From Catajapyx aquilonaris (Eukaryota), in assembly GCA_000934665.2 (NCBI GenBank), contig KZ538691.1, forward strand, positions 1-53,461: a DNA stretch of 53,461 nt, in the 5' to 3' direction. Shown here piece after piece: positions 1 through 11,593 of the stretch (position 1 is the first letter of the stretch; each line of letters opens with the position of its first letter). The notes beneath the pieces are model-generated. The model was not told the origin of the DNA, made no database searches, and worked only from the letters and a program-made list of their open reading frames with translations. The position numbers were made by a program, and so were the translations under genes.

Positions 1-495
1 ACTTATATCCTTACAAGATCAAGCTGTGCAACAATTGAAAGCAAGGGACAAAGTGGCCCGAAGAACCTTTTTGGATGCTTGGAACGGCCAATAGCCCAGG
101 AATTAGGAGTTGTGCGTTGAATACCCTTTGGGTGGGGTCCGTTGTGTCCTAGAATAGCACTGTCCAAGGACTCCTTGGACAGTGCTATTCTGGTCCAGGG
201 ATGATGATGTGTTCAGGAATTGATTCACCCACCTTATGTTTGTCTGGTGGTTGGTAACTTCGTCCTGATATCCCAGTTCAAAATGGCTAAGAAATATCCT
301 TCGTAGAGCTATGGGGAACTCGTTAATTTTAAAATAAGTCTCCACAAAGAATGCACAGTGCTCTGGCGACCACGACACCATTTTTGCAAATGGCAAACCT
401 TCCCCACTCCAGCACATGCCAATATCCCCTGCATGCTCAAACAGCATCATAGTACCACGTGATTCAAATCAGGCCATACATTTTGCCCAACCCTG
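1..495 (-). mobile_element. Decayed Tc1/mariner-superfamily transposon, left end with DUF4817-type HTH N-terminus
   Basis: On the minus strand, TA|CAGGGTTGGGCAAAATG (a TIR-like end at 495) precedes MVSWSPEHCAFFVETYFKINEFPIALRRIFLSHFELG...TNIRWVNQFLNTSS. This resembles the 'W+.EHRAF.VETYFK....ATQR.FR.HF...TI.RWV..F..TGS' start of DUF4817-bearing transposases. The frame is disrupted further downstream. Confidence 0.7.
151..191. repeat. Perfect 20-bp palindrome, 1-nt loop
   Basis: agaatagcactgtccaagga-c-tccttggacagtgctattct. Confidence 0.95.
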
Positions 496-1585
496 TATTA
501 TGTGCCATTATCTATTCAATTACATATCACAATCGAGTCACACACTTCTTTGGGTATGTCTGGTAGACGGAGATCAGGAAATTGAGCCTTCCTGTACATG
601 TGGCCTACTCTCGACCCTTCGGCTGGGAAATGAGGAAATTTTCCGTATTCACCAACATGAACTTCGACTTAGGGAGACTGAAAATGCATTGATATCCCAT
701 CGTAAGGCCCTGCCAGCACTTTAGCCAGCACAGTTAGGTGCAAGTGTAGAAAGCTGAGTGCTTATTTTCGGTTCCTAACACCCACCTCCATGACCCATCT
801 CATCTTGGGGGTTTTAACACACACACCCCCCNCCCCCCAATCAACACTAGAATCACCCATGATGGGGCTGCTGGTGACATTACTTAATTTATAGGACCAG
901 CTGTACTGGAAAAGTCGTAGTACTCTTGCCTCAATTTACCTGACTGCCTATCTATCACCACAATATTGAACCATGGTGCAAACTGCTGTGAATATTATTA
1001 GTGAGATACAGATACAAAAGCACAGCTGTTCGAGTTGTCTCAAGCACTGAAACAGAAAATAATAACAATGCCCAAGATGATCATGCTCCTCTAGCACTTG
1101 TCTGGCCTCTGAAAGCTCATTTCTAAAACATTGCTATACGGTACTGTGACCCAAACTACCATTGCATCCTGAGGTCCATTCATGTCAGTAACAACAAGCA
1201 AGTGACTGATTTTGAGGGCCTTTCAAGAATGAAGGAAGGAACAGTCAAGCATATGCATGCCTAATGGGGTTGTAGAAAAAAAAATATTAAAAATTGGGAA
1301 AAGAACAACAGCCATGCTCCCATTAAAAATTCATGCAAAAAAAGAGAGTTAAAATTAGCTTATTTTAAATCACCATGGATGTCCATCCTCCATTTAGCAC
1401 CAGCCTGTAAAAGCCTGCCATTATCCATCTTACAATGTTTGATACAGTCACATCCTGCTCGGTACTGTTAGTGAAACTAATTTGTCAGCAAAGAGTTTTC
1501 AATACTGCTACTTGCTACTGGTGATGCTGCAGCTCATTTTTTGGTTGCGAAAATGTCCTGGGCCATTTATTGCTCCATGTATATA

Positions 1586-1910
1586 CAAGGTATGATCGAA
1601 AAGTTCCGGGATTTTGTTCATAAAAACATTCATCTTTACTCTAAGTCCTCATTTCCATTGCCACCTTCAAAGTAGTCACATTGGGCACGTATACAACGAT
1701 CCCTGCGAATTTCCCATTTATGGAAGCACCCCAAAAAATTGGCCAACTGTAGCATGATCAGAACCTGCTGCGATTTTGCTTAGATCTCTTTAGTGGAGTC
1801 AAAATGCCTCCTTTTCTACCCAAATATCATTTTAGGAAAGAGGTAGAAATCACATGGGGCGAGGACAAGCGAATAGGCAGGGCGGGGAACAGTGGTCATG
1901 TGGTTTTTCT
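1586..1910 (-). mobile_element. Mariner transposase 3' fragment with right TIR (pseudogene)
   Basis: The minus strand translates to PRPAYSLVLAPCDFYLFPKMIFG*KRRHFDSTKEI*...CFHKWEIRRDRCIRAQCDYFEG. This matches the mariner YSPDLAPCDF(F/Y)LFP motif and the C-terminal W..R..+C....GDYFE motif, with in-frame stops. A TIR-like end, TA|CAAGGTATGATCGAAAAGTTCCGGGA, lies at 1586. Confidence 0.88.
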
Positions 1911-2773
1911 GTCAGGAAGTCCCTGACTACGGGTGAGGTGTATGCAGGCTTACAGGGCTGTGAGAATATGCAAGTTCGTCTGTTGCACATGGCATAGTGT
2001 GTGACCAATCCCATATTCAGCCTGCTACAAGAGGGGAACCCCTCTAAACATTACAAAGGATCGAGGCCAATTCCTTCAGTCCTTCGTTTTGCTAAATACT
2101 TCAATGGTCTCCGATCTAGTTGGCAATCAGAGAATCACTCTGTATCTGAGAAGCCTCGTTACTTAGATAATAAGATCCAAACCCAATGTATGAAATATAC
2201 TGATAGGTATGCTTCCCTTCTTGCAGCCTTGCACTTTTAATTGAAAATGTTGCCGTGAAAGAATTTAACGATCTTATGAGATGTGTGTGCACCGTAGAAC
2301 ATGTAATGCATTCATTTGACTAATAATAATGTTCACAGAGATCGTGATAATGCTGTGCTTATGAAAACCTCGCCTGATACCTGCATACCTTGCTTAGACC
2401 AGCATGCCGGTATAGCCACCAGCTCGTGCATTTCTAAAAACTGGTCGACCTTGACTAGTACATTGGCATGCCGCTTTAAGTGGGGTAATACAGTACGAAA
2501 GTCACCTCTGACGGCACAAGTTAAAAGCCCCTATCTTCGAAAATCACGTAATTGGAGATAAATGCACCATTGCACTCCTCTTTGCAAGCCCGTAACTGTC
2601 AGAGCAACCCTTGAAAGTTATGGCCAATTGAAATCATGCACTTCCATATACGATAATGTTAACAAAAAACTTCAAACGTGAATATCTCGGAATGACAAAA
2701 AGCTGAGATCCAGTGTTTTGACTTTGGCCTTCAGACCTTCAATCTGTACTTCAGTATCAACCAATACAATTAC

Positions 2774-3233
2774 CTTCCCTAGTCTCTTCTGCAGCAGCAC
2801 GCTGGGCAAGGTAAACTGACTCCTTTATGAGGTTGGTGGCCTCATCCTTTTCGATGCCGAGGTGCTTGCGGAACCCATCAACACTTGCTTGGTAGCTAGC
2901 TCCGATGACCACTGCGGCTCCCGCTAATCAAGTGTGCAAAAGAGAAAAATCTGTGTTCCCAATTTCTTAATTTATTGTGTGGAACATTACAACACTTCAT
3001 CTAATCAATTATAATTATGCAACTGGATTTACTGATTGTACAATTCTAAACCCAAGCAAATTTGGAATCCATGGAGAATGCTAACCTTTGAAATAGGACC
3101 TGTGCACCTTGACTATGGCATCAGGTGCCTTTAGCAACATTCTGGCACTCCACAGTGGATCGCCGGTTATCTCTTCATAAGTCCTTGTCAACTCGCTCCC
3201 AAGCCCTCCGTCCAGCACAGTAACACTGGCCAT
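2774..3233 (-). CDS. Homocysteine S-methyltransferase (HMT/mmuM-like), first two coding exons (3086-3233, 2774-2923); later exons not found, probably beyond the left edge
   Basis: MASVTVLDGGLGSELTR...GDPLWSARMLLKAPDAIVKVHRSYFK|AGAAVVIGASYQASVDGFRKHLGI...KESVYLAQRA carries the LDGG.G+EL, PLWSA, H.+Y..AGA and YQAS motifs. The GT-AG intron is in matching phase. Confidence 0.88.
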
Positions 3234-3449
3234 GCTGGCCTGCATGTGAAATAGATTCAGAAAGGTTTGCAAACATCTTTAGTACCAGGAAATTATAAAT
3301 TTTCTAACAATTGCCTTGCAAGCAACACTGCAATATAATTTTCAAAGGCTTACATCATACAAAACAGTTAACCCATCCCTTAACCAACACATTGTCATGG
3401 TCCACATTGTTGAATATGCTAATGGGAATCATTTTTGGTCTGTGCATTG

Positions 3450-4514
3450 TCACACATCCTCAAAGTATGTGACATCGAGAAATGATCTGTCTGATTCAGA
3501 AAACCCTGCCGCAGCCACACTCCCCTCGACATTGTTTGTATCTTCTCGGTGTGACTTCTGGTGGTGCTTGAGACTCTCCCTCCACCTGAACTCTTTCCCG
3601 CACTGCTCACACTGAAAGGGCTTCTCACCAGTATGCACCACCATGTGCTTTTTCACGCTATCATGGTACAGAAAGGCCTTTCCACATACCACACACTGAT
3701 AGGGGCGTTCACCTGTGTGCTTCCGACGATGCTCCTTTAGATGACCTGGATGATAGAACCGCTTCCCACAGTCTGTGCAAGACAAATGTCGTTCCTGGGA
3801 ATGTGTCCCTACCTGGTGCTTTTTAAAAGTTGATGCATCAGAGAAGGATTTGCCACACTCTGAGCAGAGGTACGGCTTCTCGCCTGCAAATAACAAAGGG
3901 AATATGGACAGATTAGCAGTTCATCTGATAAATGAGATTTGTCAAGCAAGATTTTCAAAAAGTATCAGATGTGTACCAGTGTGGGTCCTGATATGCTGGG
4001 TGAGGTTGAAGCTCTTCCTGAAGGTCTTTGAGCAGTACTGGCACTGGTGTCGGGTAGCATCATGAGTCTTTTCGTGCCGTTGCAGGTGATTTTGGAGTGC
4101 AAATCGCCTCCCACAATTACCACACTCATGTTGCGGGGTGACAGTGTGCTTCTTGGCATGTGCGGTAAGGCCTTTCTGTTGCTTGAATGTCTTGTTGCAT
4201 ACGCCACATTCATAAGTTGCTGCAGCTGCCTGTTCACGATACGGCACACTGTATCCAGACAGTACATCACGAACTGTCTGCTTGTCCAAATTGGCCGGGG
4301 TTGGGTCACTCCCTCCAGGGTGTGTTGGGATAAAAACTGTCTGTGAGCACTTGTCGCATACCAAGTACAGCGCTGAATATGCACCAAGTGATTGCAAGAC
4401 GTCCTCCTTGAGTGAATACTGTCCAGTGCAGTTACACATGAGGACTGATCCAAGAGAGCGCATCAGGCAGGCCAGGTCGACAATTCGTGACCCAGTTGCT
4501 GCGACTAGTGCCAT
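3450..4514 (-). CDS. C2H2 zinc-finger protein (7 fingers; exons 3977-4514 and 3450-3883) with Cys-rich N-terminal domain
   Basis: Exon 1 has three CxxC...HxxxH fingers and exon 2 has four, with TGEKP/TGERP linkers. The intron (3884-3976) splits HT-G|EKPY in frame. Confidence 0.92.
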
Positions 4515-4770
4515 TTCCTGACCTATAAATACCTAGCACCAAGTTTTGTTTTGTTTTTATTAGGAATTGACAGCCTGTGTATTTGGATTAAAATGGGAGT
4601 TGAAATGGTTAGCTGAGTTGGCCCTAGTTTGATGGGAACAAATTTATGAAGCCAAAAATTCTTAAAAATAATTAGCATAAAATACCAGCTTCTCTTACTC
4701 CTCTCCAACCACTACAAACAGGGACCAACTCAGCCAGAGGAATTTGTACAATGTGGACCAGAACTAGTAT

Positions 4771-5910
4771 CTACAAACCAAGATAACTGCATAGCATGAA
4801 TGTGGAAACAAGCACAACCAATATGACCACAACTACCACCCAAGCAGGCAATGAGAGTGGCTTTTCAATGTGGTGCAAGTACAAATGATTGTCAACAGAC
4901 ATTGACAGTAGCGAAACTTCATCGTCAGAGGCATCAGGGTTGCCTGGAGGAGGAAGGAATTCCAAGGAGGTCACAAACGTCTTGTGAACAGCCTCTACAT
5001 GCTTGAGACGCTGCAGTGAGAAGCCTACATGGATGTCAATACTCCCAGATGTCATGGATCCAACAGCAACAAACTTCCCATCACGGCTAACCGCCAGAGT
5101 TGAAGAGAAGTCTGGCATGCTCATGGCAGCTTTTAGTGCAAATTCAGACCCTTGCCACAGTTGCAGATACGATCGGACCTGTCCCTTAGTCGTTGAATTT
5201 GCTATCGTGAATAGGTTTGGGTCTGTCGAGGAACGATCTGTCGAGGGTCCGAACCGGCACCTTTTGAACAGGAATTCAACTGACTCGTGTGGGGTCCATT
5301 TCAAGGTCTGCAGCTTTTCCCCAGCCTTGTCCCAAACGCAGCATTCAGATGTCTTGGCAACAGTAGCTATTTTGGTCCCATCAGGACTTATGTCGAGATC
5401 AGACACCTCCTTATCATGGGCCTTTATGCGGCCAAGTCCCTTCATCTGCGGGAAGGTCCACAGCCGAACGCACCCATCTGCCCCTCCAGTGGCAGCCATC
5501 CCCTTCCGGATCCTGATCACATTCTGACATCCGTCTTTGGCTGCAAAGTCAGTCTGGACCCGATGCATTGGCTTCACCCCAAATTGAACCCCCTCCTCGC
5601 CTCGCACCAGCTCGACCTGATACACCTGCGTATCAGCGTCCTGCCCGACTGCCAGGAAGGTTCGCTTCCCATCATCGTAGAGTGCGCAGTTCATAACAGA
5701 CTGCGACCCAGTGTCCCTCCTGGCGGCCTCCTTGGCCTCCCAGGCAATTCCATCCTGCGAGTCAACCTCGTAGATGGCAAACCCATTGAAGACCCCAGTC
5801 TTGGATGCCCCCCCGCCCCCAGCCACCACCACATGCCTGGAGGAATAGCTGCACGAGGCATACAGCGGGAAGCTGACCTTGGCCACCAGATCAGGCAGTC
5901 TCTCCGGCAT
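4771..5910 (-). CDS. PREB: Prolactin regulatory element-binding protein / Sec12 (Sar1 GEF), WD40 propeller plus C-terminal TM; coding region intronless
   Basis: 379-aa ORF with FPLYA and the Sec12 K-loop AGGGGASKTGVFNG, WD repeats (ATGGADGCVRLW, AHDKEVSDLDISPDG), H.TFVTSLEF, SMSVDN and a C-terminal hydrophobic helix. There is a candidate 5'UTR intron at 5958-6049. Confidence 0.95.
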   Translation of the reverse strand: MPERLPDLVAKVSFPLYASCSYSSRHVVVAGGGGASKTGVFNGFAIYEVDSQDGIAWEAKEAARRDTGSQSVMNCALYDDGKRTFLAVGQDADTQVYQVELVRGEEGVQFGVKPMHRVQTDFAAKDGCQNVIRIRKGMAATGGADGCVRLWTFPQMKGLGRIKAHDKEVSDLDISPDGTKIATVAKTSECCVWDKAGEKLQTLKWTPHESVEFLFKRCRFGPSTDRSSTDPNLFTIANSTTKGQVRSYLQLWQGSEFALKAAMSMPDFSSTLAVSRDGKFVAVGSMTSGSIDIHVGFSLQRLKHVEAVHKTFVTSLEFLPPPGNPDASDDEVSLLSMSVDNHLYLHHIEKPLSLPAWVVVVVILVVLVSTFMLCSYLGL

Positions 5911-7867
5911 GGCTCGAAAACGGAACGCTCAACAACAATACACACACACACTACGGGCTGAAAACACAGGAATCGGTTATATACACACCCCGAAACGTAC
6001 AGCCCTCCTCCCCCCACCAGCTGAGCGTGTTCCCCCGGGTCGTACTTACAGCACTTAGAGCATACCCTGCAGAACGGGAATCTATGACGAGGTGGCAGCC
6101 GGCGACCTGTTCTGCAGACGATTGTTCTGGGCAGGATGTGACGCGTCCTTTGTTCGCCGTTCCCTGCCCGTGGAGTTCCCCGAATGGTGGCAGGGCAGTC
6201 GGAAGGATGGGTTCGGGTGGCCGGTTCGGCCCGGGCCCTTCAAAACCACGGGCGGACCACAGGGTTCGCCACGGGATGGCCGATGGGTTCAAATCGAATT
6301 ATCCGCCTAGTTGTTTCAAATATTTTCCAACAGATTTATTCTAACAGTTACTGCCACGGTTGTTAGAGTTACTGCAACTAATGGAAGCAAAACTGTTATA
6401 GGTTGAAAGGTAAAGGGTCACCAGTTGCTGCGGACAACAAGGATGACCTGCATTCATCCTAAGGAGGCCTCAGATGCCCCTGGTCATTTTTTTGCATCTT
6501 CTACGGTCCAAAATTCTCAATGCAGATATTGCTCATACGTGACATAGCCTACACGCACGGTCCAGCAGCGATGCTCAAAGGTTATGATCCCGTGGATTTC
6601 CCCCAAGGTTCCGGAGTCTGCATCGGCCCGGATTTATTCCCCCGTCTTACCCCCCTCGGTACAGTTCTGTCTGACTCATACAAAAAACACCTTTTGCTTG
6701 CTTATAGACGACTGGAGGGTGTGATCAGAGACCACTCTCGTTGACACATCGTGCGAGGACGGTTCTTAAGATTTTTTTGAGACCGGTTGTGAGATATAAG
6801 GTATTTTTGAAACATGTGCGGTTCGGTGGTGGAATGGTTGTAATTGGCTGGTGTTGTGATTGCGTGCGGATAAATATGTGTTTTGTTATTAAGAAGAAGA
6901 TTGCGTTTTATTTTATAGTGGCGATTTTGAAAATGGTGGCGTTTTATTCCGTGGTCAAAAACTGGTTCAAAACATAGTGGGTCCGTTTAAAAAAAAATGT
7001 AGCAATAATTTTTGTGATAGTTCTTCGTGGCTGTAGGTAGAGGAATGCCTTCAGAAAAAGCATGTTACGCAATATTTTGTGATATTTTGCCACAGCAATT
7101 CGTCCATAACATATGGTCCATATAAGTAGTTCCTCATAACATTGTGATACAGCTTTAATTGACGTCCAATAACATACGGCAATAATATGTGCTTCCAAAT
7201 CGTCATGCTCAATTTGATAATGACGCGAATTGTGACGTGCTTTTTTCCCAGTTCACCCTTAGGACCCGGTAGTCATGGGGATTCCGTGTTTTTGGGTTCA
7301 ACCGGGTTGGAGTTTCCTACCGTGAGTTATCTTCCAAATGTGGACCCACATTGTGATCAATACACCGCGACGTCGTGCGCTGGCGCCACTTTTGGTCATT
7401 GTTACCAGCGGAAAATTCGCCCAAGATATTTGCAATCGGCTAAGATGTGGAGCACATGACGCACCAATATCAATGAGGTACCCTACATTAGAATAAAGTT
7501 ATGCGTGACATCTGGTATTGCAAAATATCCGACCTGGTTTTTCCATAAAATTCGCCACCTAATCCTACTAATTAAGTCGAGGATTTCATAGTTCGATGAC
7601 GTCATATGTTCTACCAGTAATTGGTGCCAATTTGCTGCAAATTTCAATAAGTATGTAAAATTTGTGTGTGTGGCAACATGTTAACGTAGTGCGCAGGTCT
7701 CCCCCCCTTCCCACATCTATTCCTCCCACCACCTTCCTGGGGTAGCTGCATGCATGGAAGGGTCGGAGCAGTTCGCTGGCGTATGGGGCTTGGGTCGAAG
7801 GAGAAGACAAGAGGGCATCATCCTAGGTCACCAACCCGAAGTGGCCACGCAGGGCAACTGCCAAAAC

Positions 7868-9334
7868 ATGGGGAAGCGATTGCAGACAGTGGCTGCGGTC
7901 ACCTGTATGAAGACCCTTCTCATGTTGTTTAGTGTGCTTTTCTGGGTGAGTGGACATTGATTCTGGGGATGAAGGGGGTTAATGGGGGCGACCGACCAGA
8001 AGGGGGAGGTCGAGGGGTGAAGGTAGGTCAGGGAATATTTTGGGGAGGGACATCAAACATGCATTGATGATGGTATTGAATTGTGTCGAATGCGGGCCGC
8101 AATATTTTTTTACCATATGTTGCCAATACTTCGATCCATTGACGCAGTAACTTGAATTTACGCAACAACATGATTTTCCTCAATAATACGCAAGGTCGCT
8201 GTTAATTACAAATTTTCCTACCATTTCCACCTCCGAACGATTCGCAATAAAATTACGGACAGTTTTACCGACTTAATATTTCGCCAACAATAATAGAACT
8301 TGACCCAGGGATGATAATCTCCCTTGCCCGTCGCATCCGCACCTTTTTCACAGTCGTGTGCCTGAAGACTGTGCTAACTGCATTTAACATTCTGTTTTGG
8401 GTAAGTGGCAGTGCCTTCATCAAAACGCCATAATCAAGCCAATTCCCGGTGCTATATGGTAGCATGAGGCTGATAAGATAAGCACTAATTAGAGGTCTGT
8501 ATGCCCGCAGTTTACTGGAGTGGCTATTCTGGCATTGGGAATATGGATGGAAGTGGAGCTGTACAAGTACATGGAGGTGTCCACGGAGTTCTCGGCAACT
8601 GCTCCGTACGTGCTGATCGGAACAGGCGCCTTCATCATCGTCATTGGAACCCTGGCCTGTTGCTGCACACTTAAAGGACAGCCAGTTCTGCTCTATGTGG
8701 TACGTACACGCGGTACATTCTTCTGTACATGCCCTTATCGAAGATCTTTTTAGTACGCAGCTTTCCTGATGGTTGTGTTTGTAGTGGAATTGGGCGCATG
8801 CATCTCCGGATATGCGTACCGGAATAAGCTGAAGTCTGGGTTCCAGAAGGGGTTGAACGACAGCATATACGCGTATGGCCAGGATTCGGAGAAAACTTCG
8901 GCTGTCGATCTTATCCAGTCCACGGTGAGTTGTTTGTTTGTTGTTTACATGTTTTTAAGAATATATTGAGATCTGTTTTGATATTAGTTGAAATGCTGCG
9001 GGCTGGATGGGCCACAAGTTTGGTACGGCACACGAACGGGACAGGTGCCAAAGACATGCTGCAAAGTTGACAAGTCGGAATGTAACACGAACGATCCGCA
9101 AGACATATACGACGTGGTTAGTATTTTACGTGTGTTCATTACCGTAAATTATTACCAACACCTGGTTTTATTTTTTAGGGTTGCTACAAACTTGTGGTGG
9201 ACTTCCTCAGCTCCAAAATTGGCATTATTGCCGGTACCGCCCTCGGAATTGCATTTTTCCAGCTGGTTGGGGTTGTGTTGGCCTGCTGCTTGGCCAAGAA
9301 CATCAACAAGGCCAAATACGAGCAGATGGGTTGA
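7868..9334 (+). CDS. Tetraspanin (TSPAN6/7-like); exons 7868-7945, 8511-8699, 8754-8924, 8988-9116, 9179-9334
   Basis: Four TM segments, the CCG motif (LKCCGLDG), PKTCC and GCY in the large loop, and a C-terminal YEQM sorting motif. All introns are GT-AG, phase 0. Confidence 0.95.
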
Positions 9335-11154
9335 AATGGGTTGTTGATATGGTTTATAAGCTTTTTTTTCCAAGTCCATTCGTCTCTTCAACGCAATCCC
9401 TCAAACTTCGCACCTTTTGTAATTTAAACAAACTTCTACTCTTCTCTCAATCTGCATGTGATTTTACTGTGGATTTTTCCTGAATGGGCAGTGTTTTGAC
9501 ATAAGAGAAAATGGTGCTGATTCCTACGTTTTTGTTCCTAGGCATGCGATTATTATTTTTTGATTAGCGCTAGAGCTACTGCAGGATAGACGGAGTTTGT
9601 TATAGTTAAGCTACAATCAAAATTAAGACATTTTTTTTATATTGTTTGACGGGTATATGAAATAGGGCATGATTTCTGGGTCTCGCACCGAACCCCAAGT
9701 AGTCACAGACCACACTGTGTTGTGCAAAGTCTCAGATGTGAGTCAAACTAATCGCCTTCTAGTTAGGAGATAGGAATAAACCTGTTGGACTCAATTTTTA
9801 TCAATGTTTCCTACGTTATTAGTCGAAAATTTTATCCAAAACGAACAGTACAAAGTACCAATTTGTCCCACGGTATTCACTTTCGCAAACTGATATGAAA
9901 CCAAGGGCACGACATCATGCATAATGCACTACAACACTGATGGAGAATGGGAAGGTTTAATGGCAGCACAATGCATTATTTTGCTTTAATTGGTAAACAC
10001 CAGCCTGCATGCCTGCTGTATGTATATCAGTGTCTTGTAAATATCAGGTAAGAGAAACTGCGTGGAAGAAGCAGGAACAATAATATTGCTGTGTTTTGAA
10101 AAGAGAGAGGATGTATTATTTTGCCACATATGCAAGGATGCTGTTAAGAAATAATGACATATCTTTATTAGTGTGTTGACATTGTTTGCATTGTAACTAC
10201 TCGGAAGAACATAATCTCTCTATACTCGATGTATTCACCCTACACTGACTCATGCGTGTGCGGCACATAGTGTTATGAAATAACTTCTCGAATCATTCTG
10301 TCACCACTAGAATAGTCTGTTTACGTAAGACAAACTGAATTCAAATGGTGCTGAGTATTTAATTTTTGCCAATGTGCAATATACTGTATATGCAAGAAAT
10401 GGCGACATTTGAAGCAGCTCTTTTTTAATTTGGGAATTTAAATAAAAAAGTACGTTTGTGCCGTAAAAAGGGTTAATGTAAGACATACTTCGTGACATTC
10501 CATGACGTAGCTTGTATGTACAGTGAGTGTGAACAATCTCTTCTGCTGTCATGTATAGTCCGCATGCGTTGTATGTGCCATGTTACCCACCTGTTTGTTG
10601 TCATATGCTACCGGTACAAGGTCGATATTAGTAATTAGTATTTAACCGCGATAGGGTACGCATAAAAAAATGTAACTGAGTACTAGAATAAAAGCGGCAT
10701 TCTTCCAAGCCTGTGGATTTCCTTCGGGGACATTGACCGAATCTGAGATGGACCCTCCCGTTTTGACATTATTGTGTAGGCGAACAACACCCACGTAAGT
10801 CTGCAGCTTCCAGCCACCCACACATTTCTTCCGACACCTGCAGGTAGCGGAAGAAATGCGTGATCAACCGACAGATTTTTAAACAAAAAACACACCCACA
10901 TACTATAGTCCTCCATTTATTATTCCCACATCGATCCATACTATTGACCCGTCCATTGCACTAAATATAGCATGAAGCAATTATTCCTCAAGATGTAGGC
11001 ACCGCGACCTTACAGTATCAATACGTGCTCGACCTTTAAACTTCCTCCCACACCTTTTCGGTTACATCACATACAGTAATTTATGGCCCGGTTTTCTGGA
11101 TCAATACCCTGTACCTGGTCCACCCCCGGATTTCCTCATCCTTGTTGACCATCT

Positions 11155-11565
11155 TCAGTTCATCTTCTGTAACGGTTCAAACCTGGCGCCCTTCCAGTGT
11201 CGCCACCTGTGCAGCAGGAAGTGGAAGCATGAAACACGCTACGTTTCCTTGAAAATCGAGGAAGGAAACTCGGCCGGTCAATCAATGGACAGCTAGTCGG
11301 GGGGCCAGGTAAGCTCAAAGGGCAGATGTAATTAGGAGTGGAGCAATAGGGGCCACTTGATGCCCCATCAATTGGCATAGACTGATGACGTGCCTGACAT
11401 GCCGATGGTGCCCTATGCTGCTGCTGGTGGTGGTGGTGTCATGGGTATAAATAGACGTGGGTGTGTTGGACTGAGGGAAGGAGGAGCCTGAGAAGGTTGG
11501 TTTTTGCTGCACTTGAATTGCGTGGCTGGGGCTCAGTGTGTGACTAACCAAGAGATTATTTGCAG
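11155..11565 (+). promoter_or_regulatory. Candidate calpain-5 promoters and 5'UTR exons (Inr at 11155; TATA at 11446)
   Basis: An Inr-like TCAGTT at 11155 is followed by the donor CAG|GTAAGC at about 11309. TATAAATAG at 11446 is followed by the donor AAG|GTTGGT at about 11495. Both could use the acceptor TTATTTGCAG (11565) just before the ATG at 11594. Confidence 0.4.
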
Positions 11566-11593
11566 TGGTGCTGTGCTGGGGTGTGTGGCCACA

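Noticed and set aside
690..740. Minus-strand VLAGPYDG as the missing third HMT exon (expected VAGS.GPYGA)
   Set aside because: The downstream GSEY motif and a suitable acceptor are absent, so this is likely a chance match.
5003..5961. Long plus-strand ORFs overlapping PREB (likewise 45857-47065 over the mucin exon and 29703-30242 over mei-P26)
   Set aside because: These are antisense shadows of real coding exons.
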